DNA from: Anthoceros angustus
Taxonomy: Eukaryota > Plantae > Anthocerotophyta
NCBI GenBank assembly: GCA_010909165.1
Contig: MU008153.1
Location: forward strand, 372,001 to 436,000
Direction: 5' to 3'
Length of the DNA: 64,000 nucleotides
The position numbers and the translations under genes are program-made. The notes beneath the pieces were generated by a model. The model was not told where the DNA came from. It made no database searches and worked only from the letters and a program-made list of their open reading frames with translations. This document shows positions 61,701-64,000 of this stretch, one piece after another (positions within the stretch are counted from its first letter, which is position 1; each line of letters begins with the position of its first letter).

Positions 61701-62536
61701 TGTTAGTTGCCGGTATTCAGCCTAATGATGCTACTTTTACTTGCCTTTTGGTAGCATGCAGTCATGAGGGACTGGTCGACGAGGGTCGCAAGCACTTTGA
61801 TTCCATGGCTGAACAGTATGGTATCAAACCTACTATTGAGCATTACACGTGCATGATTGATCTTCTTGGGCGTGCAGGCCATTTACATGAGGCTGAGAAG
61901 ATGCTATTGTCATGTGAGGGCCAAAGTGATGTCGTTGGGTTGATGTGTTTGCTGAATGCCTGCAAAAACCATGGGGATATAAAGAGGGCGATGTGGTGTT
62001 TTGAAAGCATTGTTAGGCTGGACCCCCAGCAGGCGCCCGCGTATGTGCTTATGGCCAATGCGTACGCAGATGCAGGCAGGTGGACCGATGTAGACAGGAT
62101 TGAAACAAAGAGAAGGGTAGCAGGAGCCAACAAGAAACCTGCAGTGGCGACCATTGAGGTGAAAAAGGAGGTACATAGATTTGTGGTGGGAGAAAGGGGA
62201 GAGGACATTGCGCTTAAGGTAGAGAGCACAAATGCACGTCTGAAGCAGGAAGGAGGCCACGTGCCTCACACAAAGTTGGTGTTGAAGCCAATGTCTGAGA
62301 AGGAAAAGGAAGATATGCTTTGCGGGCATGCTGAGAAGCTAGCTCTGGCGTTTGGTCTCTTGAATACTCCGAGTGGAACACCTCTAGTGGTCACTAAGAA
62401 TCTGCGCATGTGCAGCGACTGCCACAGTTCCACGGAGATCATGTCAAGGCTTGAACAGAGAGACATTGTTGTAAGGGATGGGTACCGTGTGCATCGATTC
62501 GCAGCTGGTTGTTGCAGTTGTAACGGTCGACCGTGA
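58729..62536 (+). CDS. PLS-class PPR RNA-editing factor with two N-terminal PDF-like motifs and a C-terminal E1/E2-DYW:KP domain ending GRP; frame broken at ~60411-61300
   Basis: P/L/S motifs (VVTWTALIAGYAEQG, HVTFACLLKAC, GNCLVDMYAKCG); HYTCMIDLLGRAG; KKPAVATIEV; HAEKLALAFG; KNLRMCSDCH; terminal CSCNGRP. Confidence 0.9.
60411..61300. repeat. 370-bp tandem array (~2.4 copies) of deletion-riddled PPR motifs
   Basis: caaccttggtggacatgtatgc at 60411, 60781 and 61151; units almost identical. Confidence 0.95.
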
Positions 62537-62544
62537 GAATAATG

Positions 62545-62825
62545 AAGGACTATGAATCCCACAACAGGGAAGTTTTTAAAACAATATGCTGGCATCTTAA
62601 CACCAAGTACTTCCTCTTTTCCCAGTTCTCGGTCACTGACGGGAAGTACACTGTCAGTGGGCCAGAGGACGTATCTACACTTCTGGGATTTGCAACCCAA
62701 AGCCATTATTCACAGACTGAAAGGCCACTTTGATGCTGCCATCTGCGTGTCTTGTCACCCTACTGAGAGCAAAATTGCTTCATCGTCCCTGGCGAATAAC
62801 AAGACTATCAAAATATGGGTGCAAG
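62545..62825 (+). pseudogene. WDR5: WDR5-like WD40 C-terminal pseudogene fragment (frameshifted)
   Basis: TGKFLKQYAG / LNTKYFLFSQFSVTDGKYTVSGPED / FWDLQ...LKGHFDAAICVSCHPTESKIASSSLANNKTIKIW spread across two frames. Confidence 0.8.
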
Positions 62826-63089
62826 TGTCTGCACAAGCTCCCACCCCAGTATGGATGCAAGCGTCTGCATAAGCACCCTCCCCAGCATGCCTATTTGACA
62901 CCCAAGCAACAAAAGTTCAATTTGCAACAAACCATCAAAAGCTTGTACTATGACGTGCAAATACGTCCACCAACACGGCTTCGTCCTCGAAGCCTCAGAT
63001 TGTCAGCCCGTGATCGAGGGCATAAGACCGCAAAAGCTCCTGGCAATGTGTGAGATTGGCATGTGGCTCCGTAAGTCCCATCCAACAAG

Positions 63090-63330
63090 GGAAACCCTTC
63101 CGGAGAACAAAAATGCAAACGTCGCCACACCAGGCGATGACGTAAGATCATCTCTACCTCGTACTTGGGCTCATTGTAGGACAGATCTGGTGGTGGCCGG
63201 GCAGGCGGATTATTTAAGACTGAGACGTGAAACATGGGTACCGATGCCAAGGATGACCACACTAAGCCCGGCTCTCGTCCGCGAGTGCACATATTGCCTG
63301 GTAACTCTGAGAGACTCTCTTCACACAACC
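63090..63330 (-). mobile_element. Chromovirus (Ty3/Gypsy) integrase C-terminus / chromodomain relic
   Basis: PMFHVSVL...RPPPDL...PKYEVEMILRHR. Confidence 0.65.
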
Positions 63331-63742
63331 AACCGCAGCTTGAAACACATGGCTGCCGTCTGAGCATGTCATTCTTGAACTCAAGCCCCTTCAACCAGCT
63401 CTGTGGGGACACATCAAAAGCATCTAGCATCTTTCGGGAGTTTTGATACCTGCTCATGGCAACGCGCACTGAGAAAGGAAAATCCAATCACAGACCAACA
63501 CGTTGTATTAGTACGAGGGATGTTTAGCGTGCTCTTTGCGCTATAACTTGCATCGAACTTGCATAACAGGAAGTTAAACCTTCAACCTGAATAGCCTGCT
63601 GTCGACATACCTTCAAGTTGCAAGGTCGAATCAGCCCCATTCGACATGGTTCGGAGACTTTGGGACCTTCTCTGGACGTGATCATACTAGTGGTAGTAAC
63701 ACGTGCACCAAGAGGATGGACGCCAGTCATGTTTCAACCATG

Positions 63743-64000
63743 CTACAAGCTCCAGGACGATCTTACCATAAAAGCAGGTGTTCGAGACTGCCTGTCCGCA
63801 ATATACAAGATTCCAGGTTGCACAACAAACCCTGGCGCACAACTCCACCTTAGAAAGGCCTCCATCTGCACCTGAGAGTGTCCAGGATCACTGCCCTCAT
63901 CACATTTCAAGGAGCTCCAGAAGTCAGGCTTGGACAGGCCCACGGTTAGACCTCCCCCAACTTTGGATCCTGGAGGACTTGCAACACTTAGCAGCCATTG
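63743..64000 (-). CDS. Last exon (partial) of a paralogue of the porin-like gene at 53215-55367; continues beyond the window
   Basis: QWLLSVASPPGSKVGGGLTVGLSKPDFW...QVQMEAFLRWSCAPGFVVQPGILYIADRQSRTPAFMVRSSWSL*, collinear with 55100-55367. Confidence 0.85.
   Translation of the reverse strand, partial: QWLLSVASPPGSKVGGGLTVGLSKPDFWSSLKCDEGSDPGHSQVQMEAFLRWSCAPGFVVQPGILYIADRQSRTPAFMVRSSWSL

Overview
Compact plant nuclear DNA with ~100-nt GT-AG introns, most likely a hornwort (Anthoceros-like). The taxon is inferred from the short introns and a PLS-PPR gene ending in a DYW:KP domain with the C-terminal tripeptide GRP. Recognisable genes, left to right: DUF3593 membrane protein with an 18-nt micro-exon; a large disordered/coiled-coil protein (-); a secreted lipocalin split by a ~200-aa helical insert; 11-exon mitochondrial-type GUF1/LepA (-); intronless CDSP32; TRF4/PAPD5-like nucleotidyltransferase (-); Nodulin-like MFS transporter (-); SRC2-like C2 protein; a divergent F-box gene (-) with several decayed paralogues; a 3-exon gene resembling cyanobacterial OprB/SomA-type porins, with an inverted paralogue cut by the window end; and a PPR-DYW:KP(GRP) editing factor with two N-terminal OSB-type PDF motifs and a frameshifted 370-bp internal array. 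Mobile DNA includes a near-full-length inactive CRE-like RT + restriction-like-endonuclease retrotransposon, a truncated copy with a 13-bp TSD, LINE ORF1 and 3'-tail relics, a chromovirus fragment and many short tandem arrays. All family assignments come from recalled motifs; no database search was run.
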